Below are positions 32,123-41,953 of a DNA stretch of 64,000 nucleotides, one piece after another. The position numbers and the translations under genes were made by a program. This DNA comes from an uncultured Gemmatimonadota bacterium (GTDB taxonomy: Bacteria > JAAXHH01). The notes beneath the pieces are model-generated. The model was not told the DNA's origin and ran no database searches. It saw nothing but the letters and a program-made list of their open reading frames with translations. Location of the stretch: contig OX638340.1 in assembly GCA_951812955.1 (NCBI GenBank), positions 288,001 to 352,000 of the forward strand, given 5' to 3'. Each line of letters begins with the position of its first letter. The first letter of the stretch is position 1.

Positions 32123-33079
32123 TCAGGGGCTGTACACGGTGGACTGGTTATACGGAATGATCAGGGGTTCCGGTCCGCTTTCCGGCAGATGGGATGCCCA
32201 TTCCCGGGGATCGTAGTCACGGGCGACGAAACAGGCGTAATGGGCGGGCACGGCAGTTTTCAGTTCAATGGAAACGGCGATGCGGGCCGATCCGTCGAAG
32301 AAGGGGAACTCGCCCTCGTTCGGGTGATTGGTCAGAAACCCGATCTGCGGACGCAGGTCCCGCACCGGTGCGAGCAGGGATTCGTGGTTGCCGAACGTAT
32401 TGACCGGGTCGCCGGAGATGTACACGCGGACCGGTCCCATTTCGACGACGTAGCCCAGGTGCTGTACATCTGGCGGGGAGATGCCGTCATCGGGAAGGCC
32501 GCCAGGTGGTTTAGCCCATACCGTGTGCGCCTTCGACGATCCCATTTCCGCGGTGTCCCCCGCCGTGACGACCGTCATGCTCCCGCTGTCGAATCCCGCT
32601 TCCTTGAGCGCGTTTATGCTCTCGATCGGACCCACGAAACGTACATCCGGAAAGGCGGCCGACAAGCGCTCAAGCGATTCCACGCAGGTGTGATCGCCGT
32701 GGTTGTGGGTCAGGAGCACATAGTCGGTCTTCAGCGTCCCCTCGTCCAGGGGCGGACCGGTGTGGACGAAGCGGTCCGCAGGCCGTTCACGGGGGTAGTA
32801 GGGATCGACCTGAATTACCGTGCCGTCCGGATGCTTCAGTCCGAAAGAGCTTTGTCCGAACCAGTGTAGGCCCACGCTACCGTCGGGCACGTGCAGGTCT
32901 TCGAAGGGATGCATGCGGTTATGTCCTTTCCCAGGTGTTCTGTGAAATCCATTCGCCAGGTGCATGAAGGGCACGGAGAACTTAGCGTCCAGGCCATTGC
33001 GTGTCAAGCAGGGTAGGGGCCACGCAAGAGTTGTCCGAGCGGTAGGATTCGGCGAGGGTCCGCCAGGGCTCCTGGTCAT
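32123..33079 (-). CDS. MBL-fold metallo-hydrolase
   Basis: It has the LLTHNHGDH motif. The true start is probably internal (MHPFEDL...). Confidence 0.7.
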   Translation of the reverse strand: MTRSPGGPSPNPTARTTLAWPLPCLTRNGLDAKFSVPFMHLANGFHRTPGKGHNRMHPFEDLHVPDGSVGLHWFGQSSFGLKHPDGTVIQVDPYYPRERPADRFVHTGPPLDEGTLKTDYVLLTHNHGDHTCVESLERLSAAFPDVRFVGPIESINALKEAGFDSGSMTVVTAGDTAEMGSSKAHTVWAKPPGGLPDDGISPPDVQHLGYVVEMGPVRVYISGDPVNTFGNHESLLAPVRDLRPQIGFLTNHPNEGEFPFFDGSARIAVSIELKTAVPAHYACFVARDYDPREWASHLPESGPEPLIIPYNQSTVYSP

Positions 33080-33136
33080 GGACTCGTCGTGATTTGCCTT
33101 GCTCCGGCCAGGGGGCCAACTTAGACTGAACGGACC

Positions 33137-33796
33137 ATGCTGCTATCTCGTTTTTTCAAGAAAAAAGGACGGGGTGCGGGCCCTGTTTCCCCCCAGGATC
33201 GGATGATCGAGGAGCAGATCGTCGGGCGCGGCATCGACGAACCCCGGCTGATCGAGGCCGTGCGCGCCGTGCCGCGGCATCGGTTCATTCCCGAGGCGTT
33301 CAGGTCACACGCCTACGAAGACTGTGCCGTGTCTCTCGACCTGGGACAGACCGTGTCCCAACCCTATATCGTGGGACTGATGACCCGGCTGCTCGATGCG
33401 AAAGAATCGGACCGGATCCTGGAGATCGGCACGGGATCGGGCTACCAGACGGCGATCCTGGCCCGGCTCGCCCGATCCGTATACACGGTGGAACGGCTTG
33501 CCGTCCTGGGCTGGCGGGCGCGGGAGACGCTGGAATCCCTGGGGTACGACAACATCCATTACCGGATCGGAGACGGCCATGGGGGTTGGCCCGCGGAAGC
33601 GCCCTTCGACGGAATCATGGTGACGGCGGCGCCTAGGGTCCTGCCCGATGCACTGTTTCGCCAATTGAAATCCGGAGGGCGGATGGTCATCCCCATCGGG
33701 GAGGAACTGTACACCGTAACGCGATCGGGGGAAGAGACAATCAAGGTACACCATGGCGGCGTGCGGTTCGTGCCCATGGTGGAGGATGGGGCGTAG
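33137..33796 (+). CDS. pcm: Protein-L-isoaspartate O-methyltransferase
   Basis: It has the SAM-binding LEIGTGSGYQTAILA motif and overall Pcm similarity. Confidence 0.9.
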   Translation: MLLSRFFKKKGRGAGPVSPQDRMIEEQIVGRGIDEPRLIEAVRAVPRHRFIPEAFRSHAYEDCAVSLDLGQTVSQPYIVGLMTRLLDAKESDRILEIGTGSGYQTAILARLARSVYTVERLAVLGWRARETLESLGYDNIHYRIGDGHGGWPAEAPFDGIMVTAAPRVLPDALFRQLKSGGRMVIPIGEELYTVTRSGEETIKVHHGGVRFVPMVEDGA

Positions 33797-33841
33797 CGGT
33801 TTACTACTGCGATCAGACGACGCCCAGGTTTACTAATATAA

Positions 33842-34849
33842 TCAGGCAACCCCCAACACCTCGCGCGCGGCCTGCGTGGTTTCCCGTACCTGGTCCAGGG
33901 TCCCCATCCCGAACATAGAGGCCGAGACGCCGATCTCATCGAATACGTACTCGAAGGCCTTGTGTCCCAGGTAGCGGCCGCCGGCCATCGGCTTGATGGC
34001 GATGACGGGCTTGGTGGACTGCCTGATGGCGTCGATGGCTACCTCGCGGGTCGGGAACATGAAGGTGCCGGGGGCATTTACGGTGGTCAGGTAGCCGTCG
34101 ACGGGGATGTTCTCGGCCTCGAGCAACGGCAGGGTGACCCCGGCGTGGTGAACGCTCGTGATCACGGTGTCGAACCTTTCCCTCAAAAAGCCGAGGTACT
34201 CCCGGATCAGATCGAAGCGCCCGGTCATCGCGAGCAGGTCGATCTCGGCGCCCGGGTCGGCGACGAGTATATCGCACCCGGCGAAGAAGCCCAGGTATTG
34301 CTCCAGGATTCCATAATCGATCTCGAAACGGGCGGCGTCCGCTTCCGTGTACGGCGGCACGGTCTCCGGCGTGACGATGCCTTCAAAGGTGTCCCCCAGG
34401 TTGTAGCGGATGATGTCGTCGCGGCTGAAGTGGTCACGGAAGGCCTGGCCGGCCAGGCCTTCGTTACGGCCGTAGAAGGTCGAATGGGCGCGATCCGAAT
34501 AGGAGACGATTTCGCCGTCCAGCGTGACCGGGATCAGGATATACGCCACGATGCCCAGTTGCGTGGCGGTCTGTTGCTCGGTTTCCCAGATGGCCTGCAG
34601 ATGCAGCCGGTCGAGTTTGGGCAGCATGTGATCCACCTGGATGGCCGTGATGCCGCCTTCCTCGACGGCGTATCTAAGCACGTCGGCCACCGATTGTACG
34701 CGGCTGAAGGAGCGGAAATTCGCCGCATCCCGCGCCTTGTCCTGGTAGGAACAGCCATCATAGGGATGGATGCCCATGATCAGGCGGGGGACCTCGGCCT
34801 GGCCGATTCGTGTCGTGGGTACGCCGCAGCCTTCCAGATATGTCTTCAT
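33842..34849 (-). CDS. Hypothetical protein (335 aa), function unknown
   Basis: Long ORF with non-biased composition. It is divergent from the SMP-30 gene. I recognise no motif. Confidence 0.5.
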   Translation of the reverse strand: MKTYLEGCGVPTTRIGQAEVPRLIMGIHPYDGCSYQDKARDAANFRSFSRVQSVADVLRYAVEEGGITAIQVDHMLPKLDRLHLQAIWETEQQTATQLGIVAYILIPVTLDGEIVSYSDRAHSTFYGRNEGLAGQAFRDHFSRDDIIRYNLGDTFEGIVTPETVPPYTEADAARFEIDYGILEQYLGFFAGCDILVADPGAEIDLLAMTGRFDLIREYLGFLRERFDTVITSVHHAGVTLPLLEAENIPVDGYLTTVNAPGTFMFPTREVAIDAIRQSTKPVIAIKPMAGGRYLGHKAFEYVFDEIGVSASMFGMGTLDQVRETTQAAREVLGVA

Positions 34850-34965
34850 TGCATCCCGGTCCCGGACTCAGTGATTCATTCCATAGAAACCGAACGTAAC
34901 TACAGACCTAATACTGCTTTGTATATAACTCTTCAGGTTTGGATAATATACACCTTTGAATACCT

Positions 34966-35011
34966 GGTATGCAAGTCCCGGCCGTCTTGGAATACAAGTC
35001 CCGGCCGTCTT
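34966..35011. repeat. 2 x 23-bp tandem direct repeat (ggtatgcaagtcccggccgtctt / ggaatacaagtcccggccgtctt) in the divergent intergenic region
   Basis: Read directly from the sequence. It lies about 170 bp upstream of ATG 35181. Confidence 0.75.
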
Positions 35012-35180
35012 GCCACACACGTTCCCGGAATCCCGTGCCGGCCCCATCGGATTTCCCCCATGTCCCGCCTTGACCCTTGACATCTTTTGGTATATATACT
35101 TGCAATCCCGTCGATACGTCCTTCCCCGGCGGTACCGCACGCGTACATTTCTGTTCTCTGGCAGGTCGATTTCTGCCTTC

Positions 35181-36119
35181 ATGACCGATCAACCGGAGTA
35201 TGCCATGTTGGCGACCATTGAAAAGATTGCAGAAGTAGATGCGATGGTGGGCGAGGGGCCCGTCTGGGATCCGGACAGCGGGACGCTGATGTGGACCGAC
35301 ATCCGGACCGGCAGGTTCTTCTCGTATGACCCGGCGACGAATCAGAACCGCCAGGTGCACGACGGCTTCAACGTCGGCGGGTTCGCCTTCAACGAATACG
35401 GCGGCCTTGTGGCCTGCATCTGGGACGGCGTCGTACTATGGAACTCCGACGAGGACTGGGTGCGCATTTTCGACGAGACCCATGAAGGAGAACCGTTGTG
35501 CTTCAATGACGTGACGGCCGACCCCGGCGGCCGGATGTTCGCTGGCTCCCTGATCGACGGCGGTCTGGGTAAACTGTACCGCTTCGATCCGGACGGCGGG
35601 GTGGAAGTCATCGAGGAGGGGATCGGGTGCAGCAACGGCATGGGTTACTCGCCGGACGAATCCATCATGTACTACACCGATTCGGCCGTGCGGACGATCT
35701 ACGCCTATAACTACGATCGGGCGACCGGCTCGGTCTCCAACCGGCGGGATTTCGTCAAGCTGCCCGATACGGCGGGTGTGCCGGACGGGATGACCGTCGA
35801 TTCTGAAGGTTACGTCTGGACGGCGGTCTGGTTCGACGGATGCATTATCCGGTTCGACCCGGACGGCGTGGAGGAGCGTCGCATCGCGCTACCGGCTATA
35901 CAGACTTCGAGCGTCATGTTCGGAGGTCCGGATCTGACTGACATCTACGTCACGACCGCCGGGATCGAAGTGGTACCCGGCTCGCCCCTCGACCCCAAGG
36001 ACTACGATTGGGAGGCATACGGACAGGGTTACCGCGGCGGCGGCCTGTTCCGCGTACGGCAGGACATTCAAGGCAAGCCCGAATACAAAGCCCGTTTTCC
36101 GTGGCCTGATAAATCATGA
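35181..36119 (+). CDS. SMP-30/gluconolactonase/LRE family protein
   Basis: It has beta-propeller lactonase-like sequence (...GEGPVWDPDSGTLMWTDI...). The ORF-track start at 34956 runs through the AT-rich repeat region, so ATG 35181 (MTDQPEY) is preferred. Confidence 0.8.
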   Translation: MTDQPEYAMLATIEKIAEVDAMVGEGPVWDPDSGTLMWTDIRTGRFFSYDPATNQNRQVHDGFNVGGFAFNEYGGLVACIWDGVVLWNSDEDWVRIFDETHEGEPLCFNDVTADPGGRMFAGSLIDGGLGKLYRFDPDGGVEVIEEGIGCSNGMGYSPDESIMYYTDSAVRTIYAYNYDRATGSVSNRRDFVKLPDTAGVPDGMTVDSEGYVWTAVWFDGCIIRFDPDGVEERRIALPAIQTSSVMFGGPDLTDIYVTTAGIEVVPGSPLDPKDYDWEAYGQGYRGGGLFRVRQDIQGKPEYKARFPWPDKS

Positions 36120-36131
36120 CAGGAGGAATGA

Positions 36132-37676
36132 ATGGCCTTCGACGTCGTCATTCGCGGCGGTGAGGTGATCGATGGTACAGGGAAGACCGGCCGGTACCGG
36201 GCGGACGTGGGACTGCGGGACGGCCGCGTGGAGGGGATCGGAGACCTGGCGAATGTCGAGGCCGCCCGGACCATCGACGCCGGGGGCCACATCGTCTGCC
36301 CCGGCTTTATCGACGTCCACGTACACTCCGAGAATTCCCTGCTTGGCGGCCGCGACCAGATGGGCGGTCTCCGTCAGGGCGTGACGACCCACTTGCTCGC
36401 GCCGGATGGATTCGGCTGGGCGGGTTTGGCTCCCGAGGATGCCCTGCCCCTATGGCACTACACGCAGTTTGCCTACGGCGAGCCTTTGGAACCGGTCAAT
36501 TGGCCCACCATCGAATCCTACCTGGACCTCTTTCCCGGCCGCTCGCCGGCCAACGTGTATCCGCAGGTTCCGCACTGCGCCGTCCGCGTCAAGGCCATGG
36601 GCTGGGATCCCGGGCCTCCGAGTCCGGACCAGTTGAGAGTCATGGAAACCGAGACCCGTGCGTGGATGGAAGCCGGCGCCGGATGCCTCTGCCTGGGACT
36701 GGACTACCAGCCCAGCGCCAACGCGCCTTTCGAGGAACTGGTGGCGCTGTGCAAGGTGGCCCTGGAATACGACGGGATCTACGCCGCACACCTGAGGTAC
36801 CAGATCCTGGGAAGGGACCGGGCCTGGCAGGAGATCATCGACCTGAATCGCGCAAGCGGCATACCCGTTCATGTATCCCACGAACGCGTCGACGGCATGA
36901 CGGGTCCGATCCTTGAACAGGCGATGAAGGACGGTGTGGACATCACCTTCGAGTCCTATCTCTACCCGGCCGGCATGACGCATATCACGATGCAACTGCC
37001 CATGTGGATCCAGACGGGCAGTCCGGATGAAGTCCTCGAAAAAATGCGCCAGCCGGATACCCGCCGCGAGGCGCTCGAATATCTGAAATCGACGAACCTG
37101 GCTGACAGGCAGTACATCGGATATACGCGATCCGGCAAGTTCGCGGGGATGACCCTGGGCGAGGCCGCGCGGAGCGTGAACAAGTCCAACGAGGAGTTTG
37201 CCTACGACCTTGTGCTCGATGAAGACGGAATACAGACGTTCATCATGTTCTGGCCGGTTCCACAGGAGGAAGTCGACACCGTGTTGAACCGGACGGCGCC
37301 CCATCCCCTCATGATGGTCGCCAGCGACGGCGTCTATGATTGTACCCATCCCCATCCCCGGGGGCAGGGATGTTTCGCCCAGATGCTCAGGAAATTCGTA
37401 AGGGAGCGCGATCTGCTCTCCCTTGAAGAAGCCGTATACAAGATGAGCGGCTTCCCGGCGGAACGTTACCGGTTGAAAGACCGGGGCGTGTTGCGCGAAG
37501 GCGCTCCGGCGGACGTGGTCGTCTTCGATCCTCAGACCGTGGCCGACCGGGCTACCTTTGAAGCGCCGATTCAACCTCCCGACGGCATTCCCCATGTTTT
37601 CGTCAACGGCATTCCGGTTATCGAAGACCACGAGCCCACGAAGCACCGTCCGGGCCAGGTCCTGCGCAGAGGATAG
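36132..37676 (+). CDS. D-aminoacylase (N-acyl-D-amino-acid deacylase) family amidohydrolase
   Basis: 514 aa with HVH metal motif (GFIDVHVHSE) and the family's typical N-terminus FDVVIRGGEVIDGTG. Confidence 0.85.
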   Translation: MAFDVVIRGGEVIDGTGKTGRYRADVGLRDGRVEGIGDLANVEAARTIDAGGHIVCPGFIDVHVHSENSLLGGRDQMGGLRQGVTTHLLAPDGFGWAGLAPEDALPLWHYTQFAYGEPLEPVNWPTIESYLDLFPGRSPANVYPQVPHCAVRVKAMGWDPGPPSPDQLRVMETETRAWMEAGAGCLCLGLDYQPSANAPFEELVALCKVALEYDGIYAAHLRYQILGRDRAWQEIIDLNRASGIPVHVSHERVDGMTGPILEQAMKDGVDITFESYLYPAGMTHITMQLPMWIQTGSPDEVLEKMRQPDTRREALEYLKSTNLADRQYIGYTRSGKFAGMTLGEAARSVNKSNEEFAYDLVLDEDGIQTFIMFWPVPQEEVDTVLNRTAPHPLMMVASDGVYDCTHPHPRGQGCFAQMLRKFVRERDLLSLEEAVYKMSGFPAERYRLKDRGVLREGAPADVVVFDPQTVADRATFEAPIQPPDGIPHVFVNGIPVIEDHEPTKHRPGQVLRRG

Positions 37677-37697
37677 GAAGGGAAGAGTTTCAACTAC

Positions 37698-39500
37698 ATG
37701 GATTGGGATCTGGCTTCATACTTTCCTGCTTTTGACGGACCGGAGATGCGCCGATTCAAGGCCGACCTGAAGGCCGACCTGGATGCTTTGCAGTCCGAAG
37801 CATCGGACACGGCGGTACTGGACTCCGGTAACCAGGAAGCGTGGGAGCGTATTGTCCTCTCCTTCGAAAGTGCCGTCACCCGGTTGAGGCACCTGGGTTC
37901 CTATGTCTCCTGTATAAACTCCGCCGACGCGAACAACGAAGATTTCGCCGCCGAGGAAGGCGCGTTGAGCCTGCTGGACGCACGGATGTCGAAGGTTCAC
38001 GTCGAACTGCAGCGGGGGTTCGAGTCTTCTTCAGACGAGGATTTCGAAACTTTCGTTACCCGTCCCGCGCTCCGCGACGCCCGGTACCGTATCTCGCGTA
38101 TACGGGAGCAATCCCGGCATACCATGTCCACGGAAAAAGAACACCTGGCATCGGACCTGGGCGTAGACGGTATCGAGGCCTGGGGCCGTCTATACGACCG
38201 GATATCGGGCAAGCTGACCTTCGAGATGGCTTATCCGGACGGCCGGCGGGAAGAGATTCCCATGTCGCAGCGACGGGCCCTCATGGAACACCCCGACCGG
38301 CGGGTTCGCCGCGCCGCCTTCGAGGGGGGCAACGAGGCCTGGGCGTCTGTCGAAACCGTGCCGGCAGCCGCGTTGAACGCCATCGGGGGCACGCGGTTGA
38401 CGCTGTACCGCCATCGAGGCATGGACCACTATCTCGACCGGGCCCTCTTCCAGGCGGCGATCTCACGGGAGACGCTGGAAGCCATGTTTGAAGCCGTTTT
38501 CGCTGAGATCGACATCGCCCGGAACATCCTGGCGTTCAAGGCGAGCCTCATGGGCGGCGAAAATTTGGGCTGGTACGATATCTCGGCGCCCCTGACTGTA
38601 CCGCACCAGGACGAACCTTCCTGGGATGACGCCACGGCCCTGGTGCATCGGGCCTTTGCGGCCGGGTATCCGGCCCTGGCGGACTATACGGCCGAGGCTT
38701 ACGAGAAAAAATGGATCGACTGGTCGCCACTACCGGGCAAGCGCCCCGGAGCCTTCTGCACCGGATCTCCCCTTACGAAAGAGTCCCGGGTCTACATGAC
38801 CTACAACGACAACATGGGCGACGTGCTGACCCTCGCCCACGAGCTGGGACACGCCTTTCATGGCCATTTGATGCGTTCGGAACGTACGCTGAACCGCGCC
38901 TATCCGATGACCCTCGCCGAATCGGCTTCCACCTTCGGCGAGATGCTGCTCATGCGCGGGTTGCTGGATGAGCCAGGGGTCGGCGCGGAGACCAGGGCAT
39001 TTCTGCTCAACCTGGAGGCCAGCGACGGGGCCACCTACCTGCTGGACATTCCCGTGAGATTCGAGTTTGAGAAAGCGTTTCATGATGAAAGGCCGAACGG
39101 CGAAGTCGCTGTCGGACGGTTGAAGGAACTGATGGTCGACACACAGCGCCGCGTACTGGGGGACGTACTGGATCCCGCGGGCGCCGATCCCTATTTCTGG
39201 GCGTCCAAACTCCATTTTTACATCACGGATACCACGTTTTACAATTTTCCCTATACCTTCGGCTTCCTGCTCAGCCGGGGTCTCTTCGCCCAATACGAGC
39301 AGGAAGGCCCGGATTTTCTACCGAGATACGAACAATACCTGAAACTGACTGGTAGCGACACGGCCGAAAACGTGGTCCAGCGAACCGTTGGGATCGACCT
39401 CACCGAACCTGGGTTCTGGTCCGACGCCATACGCAGCCTGGAGGGCGTTCTGGATCAGCTCAAGGCCAGTGTGGCTGATAGCCGGGCCGTGTTGAACTAG
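37698..39500 (+). CDS. pepF: M3 family oligoendopeptidase F
   Basis: 600 aa with the HELGHAFH zincin motif. Confidence 0.85.
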   Translation: MDWDLASYFPAFDGPEMRRFKADLKADLDALQSEASDTAVLDSGNQEAWERIVLSFESAVTRLRHLGSYVSCINSADANNEDFAAEEGALSLLDARMSKVHVELQRGFESSSDEDFETFVTRPALRDARYRISRIREQSRHTMSTEKEHLASDLGVDGIEAWGRLYDRISGKLTFEMAYPDGRREEIPMSQRRALMEHPDRRVRRAAFEGGNEAWASVETVPAAALNAIGGTRLTLYRHRGMDHYLDRALFQAAISRETLEAMFEAVFAEIDIARNILAFKASLMGGENLGWYDISAPLTVPHQDEPSWDDATALVHRAFAAGYPALADYTAEAYEKKWIDWSPLPGKRPGAFCTGSPLTKESRVYMTYNDNMGDVLTLAHELGHAFHGHLMRSERTLNRAYPMTLAESASTFGEMLLMRGLLDEPGVGAETRAFLLNLEASDGATYLLDIPVRFEFEKAFHDERPNGEVAVGRLKELMVDTQRRVLGDVLDPAGADPYFWASKLHFYITDTTFYNFPYTFGFLLSRGLFAQYEQEGPDFLPRYEQYLKLTGSDTAENVVQRTVGIDLTEPGFWSDAIRSLEGVLDQLKASVADSRAVLN

Positions 39501-39551
39501 CAGGATCGCCGAATAAAAAGGACCGAGCAGGAAAGAAAGGACCGGTAGTGT

Positions 39552-40304
39552 ATGACGAAGGTGATCGCGGGGGCACGCAACCGTTTCCACGGCGTGGAAG
39601 TTGGTTCCGAAGACCTGCCCGATACACCGGATGGATTCAGGGAGCGCCTGGACCATTCGATCCGGGAGTGGAAGGCGGAGGATCTCCAGGTTGCCTGGTT
39701 CAAGGTTCCACTTTCCCGGGCCTTCCTCATTCCCCCACTGGTGGACGCGGGCGGAGTATTCCATCATAGTACCACCGACTACCTGATGCTGACGCTCCGC
39801 CTGGCCGAAGGCGCCTTCGTGCCGCTGTACGCTACCCATTACATCGGCGCGGGCGGCGTGGTGATCAACGAGAAGGACGAACTGCTCGTGGTCTGCGAAC
39901 GGTTTCGCGGGGGACGGGCGCCGTATTACAAGCTGCCCGGAGGCGCGCTACAGCCGGAGGAACACCTGGCCGAGGGCGTGGTCCGGGAAGTATTCGAGGA
40001 AACGGGCGTGCCGACCAGTTTCGACGGCCTGGTCTGCTTCCGGCACTGGCATGGCTACCGGTACGACAAGTCGGACATCTATTTCGTCTGCCGGTTGAAG
40101 CCGCTGCACCAGATCATCAAAATGCAGGCCACGGAGATCGAAGAGTGTTTCTGGATGCCCGTGGATACTTATATGGGATCTGAAAACGTCAGCCAGTTCA
40201 ACAAGCTCATCGTCAAGGCCGCGGTGGAAAACGAAGGCCTGAAGGAAACATGGGTCGACGGATACGGCGACCCGGACCGGTACGAGTTTTTCATGCCGGA
40301 GTAG
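39552..40304 (+). CDS. NUDIX hydrolase with an N-terminal accessory domain
   Basis: It has the Nudix box GGALQPEEHLAEGVVREVFEETGV. Confidence 0.8.
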   Translation: MTKVIAGARNRFHGVEVGSEDLPDTPDGFRERLDHSIREWKAEDLQVAWFKVPLSRAFLIPPLVDAGGVFHHSTTDYLMLTLRLAEGAFVPLYATHYIGAGGVVINEKDELLVVCERFRGGRAPYYKLPGGALQPEEHLAEGVVREVFEETGVPTSFDGLVCFRHWHGYRYDKSDIYFVCRLKPLHQIIKMQATEIEECFWMPVDTYMGSENVSQFNKLIVKAAVENEGLKETWVDGYGDPDRYEFFMPE

Positions 40305-40376
40305 TTCCGCGGTTTTTGGACCGATTCTAACTGAGGGAATGTCAACCGGTCAACTTATCTCAACGAGGACCAACCC

Positions 40377-41783
40377 ATGGCTAAATCACGCCGGCGAAGG
40401 AAGAAGCGTCCCAATATCGTATTGCTGGGCGTGGATTCCCTTCTGGCCGATCACATGAGCTGTTACGGATACCATCGGCACACAACGCCCCATATCGACC
40501 GGTTCGCCGAGGGCGGCGCGCTGTTCGAGAAGACGTACAGCGCCCATATCCCCACGACAAGCGCCTATGCCTCCATGCTGACCGGCCTGGACGCCTTTGG
40601 CACCCAGGTAGTAGCCCTGCGTCACAAGGGCGGACTCCGGGAGGACGTGCAGACGCTGCCCGAGATCCTGCGGGAGCACGGATATGCGTCCACCTGCGTG
40701 GGTTTTGGGGGAAACCCGTCCTCGCGAGGTTTCGACAAGTACATCGAGTATCCGAGCTGGGGCAGCTGGAACGAGGGGCGCAGTCCCAAGGCGCAGAATC
40801 TGAACGACGTGGCGATTCCGGAGCTGGACCGGCTGGCCAAACGGCGCGGACCTTTCTTCCTTTTTCTGCGCCACATGGATCCTCATGCGCCGTACCTGCC
40901 GCCGGAACCCTACGAACGCATGTTCTATCACGGCGACGAGTGCGATCCGAAAAACAAGTCCATGGATCCCGTCAAGGCGTTCAAACCCTTCTGTGATTTC
41001 TTCGCCGCGTGGATGCCGCCCGACATCACCGACAAAGACTACGTCATAGCCCAGTACGACGGCGCCGTCGCGTACATGGACGCCTGTATCCAGACCATCT
41101 TCAACGCCCTGGAAGCCCACGGTATCATGGACGAAACGATCGTGATCCTCAACGGGGACCACGGCGAGACCCTTTACGACCACGAATGCTGGTTCGATCA
41201 CCACGGACTCTACGATGTGACGCTCCACGTGCCGCTCATCATCCGGTATCCTGGCAGGATCCCCGGGGGTAGCCGCATCAGCGGGTACAACCAGCACAAG
41301 GATCTCGTACCCACCATCATGGATTTGGCCGAAATCGATGCGGAGATCGACTACGACGGGGACAGCCTGATGGCGCTGGTCGACGGCACGGTTTCCTCCT
41401 TCGACAGCGAGTTCTATATCACCGAGTGCACGTGGATGCGCAAGCACGGCTGGCGGACGCCGCAGTGGAAGCTGATGGTCGCCCTCGAGCCGGATTTCCA
41501 CTTCAAGCCGCCGGTCGAGCTGTACAACCTGGTGGAGGACCCGGACGAGAACCGGAACCTGGCCGATGAGCTGCCGGAAGTGGTCAACCTGCTCAAGCGG
41601 CGGATGAACAACTGGATACGGAAACGGGTGAAAGAGACCGGAAAGCGTAATCCCATGCTTACCCAGGGGGACTGGCATGGGCACGAGGGCGTGGGTGCCT
41701 TCAAGACATCGCAGCAGGCCTACGACACGATGCACATCGGCGACCCCAATCAGGCCGCCAGTCTGCAGGCGCGCAGCAGGTAG
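40377..41783 (+). CDS. Sulfatase-fold (alkaline phosphatase superfamily) hydrolase lacking the CxPxR formylglycine motif
   Basis: It has a sulfatase-like N-terminus (PNIVLLGVDSL...TPHIDRFAEGG) and an NGDHGE block. At the nucleophile position it has PTTSAY instead of CTPSR. Confidence 0.7.
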   Translation: MAKSRRRRKKRPNIVLLGVDSLLADHMSCYGYHRHTTPHIDRFAEGGALFEKTYSAHIPTTSAYASMLTGLDAFGTQVVALRHKGGLREDVQTLPEILREHGYASTCVGFGGNPSSRGFDKYIEYPSWGSWNEGRSPKAQNLNDVAIPELDRLAKRRGPFFLFLRHMDPHAPYLPPEPYERMFYHGDECDPKNKSMDPVKAFKPFCDFFAAWMPPDITDKDYVIAQYDGAVAYMDACIQTIFNALEAHGIMDETIVILNGDHGETLYDHECWFDHHGLYDVTLHVPLIIRYPGRIPGGSRISGYNQHKDLVPTIMDLAEIDAEIDYDGDSLMALVDGTVSSFDSEFYITECTWMRKHGWRTPQWKLMVALEPDFHFKPPVELYNLVEDPDENRNLADELPEVVNLLKRRMNNWIRKRVKETGKRNPMLTQGDWHGHEGVGAFKTSQQAYDTMHIGDPNQAASLQARSR

Positions 41784-41838
41784 AGCGCACCGCGCCTCGC
41801 GCAGCAGGTATAGCGCACCGCGCACCGCGCCTCGCGCA
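41771..41838. repeat. ~30-bp tandem duplication spanning the stop codon of the sulfatase-like gene (gcgcagcaggtagagcgcaccgcgcctcgc / gcagcaggtatagcgcaccgcgcaccgcgcctcgcgca)
   Basis: Read directly from the sequence. Confidence 0.6.
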
Positions 41839-41953
41839 CCGAAGTCGAAACCTGGTGTTTAAAACCCGGCTGTTTAATCTGCACAAGTAACGGTAAACTA
41901 CAGTTTAACGCGCGTAAGACGAACACGGAATACCCGCAAAGGAGTGTTAGAAG

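Noticed and set aside
34956-35180. 75-codon upstream extension of the SMP-30 gene from the ORF track
   Set aside because: It runs through the AT-rich promoter and tandem-repeat region. The family N-terminus aligns from MTDQPEY (35181).
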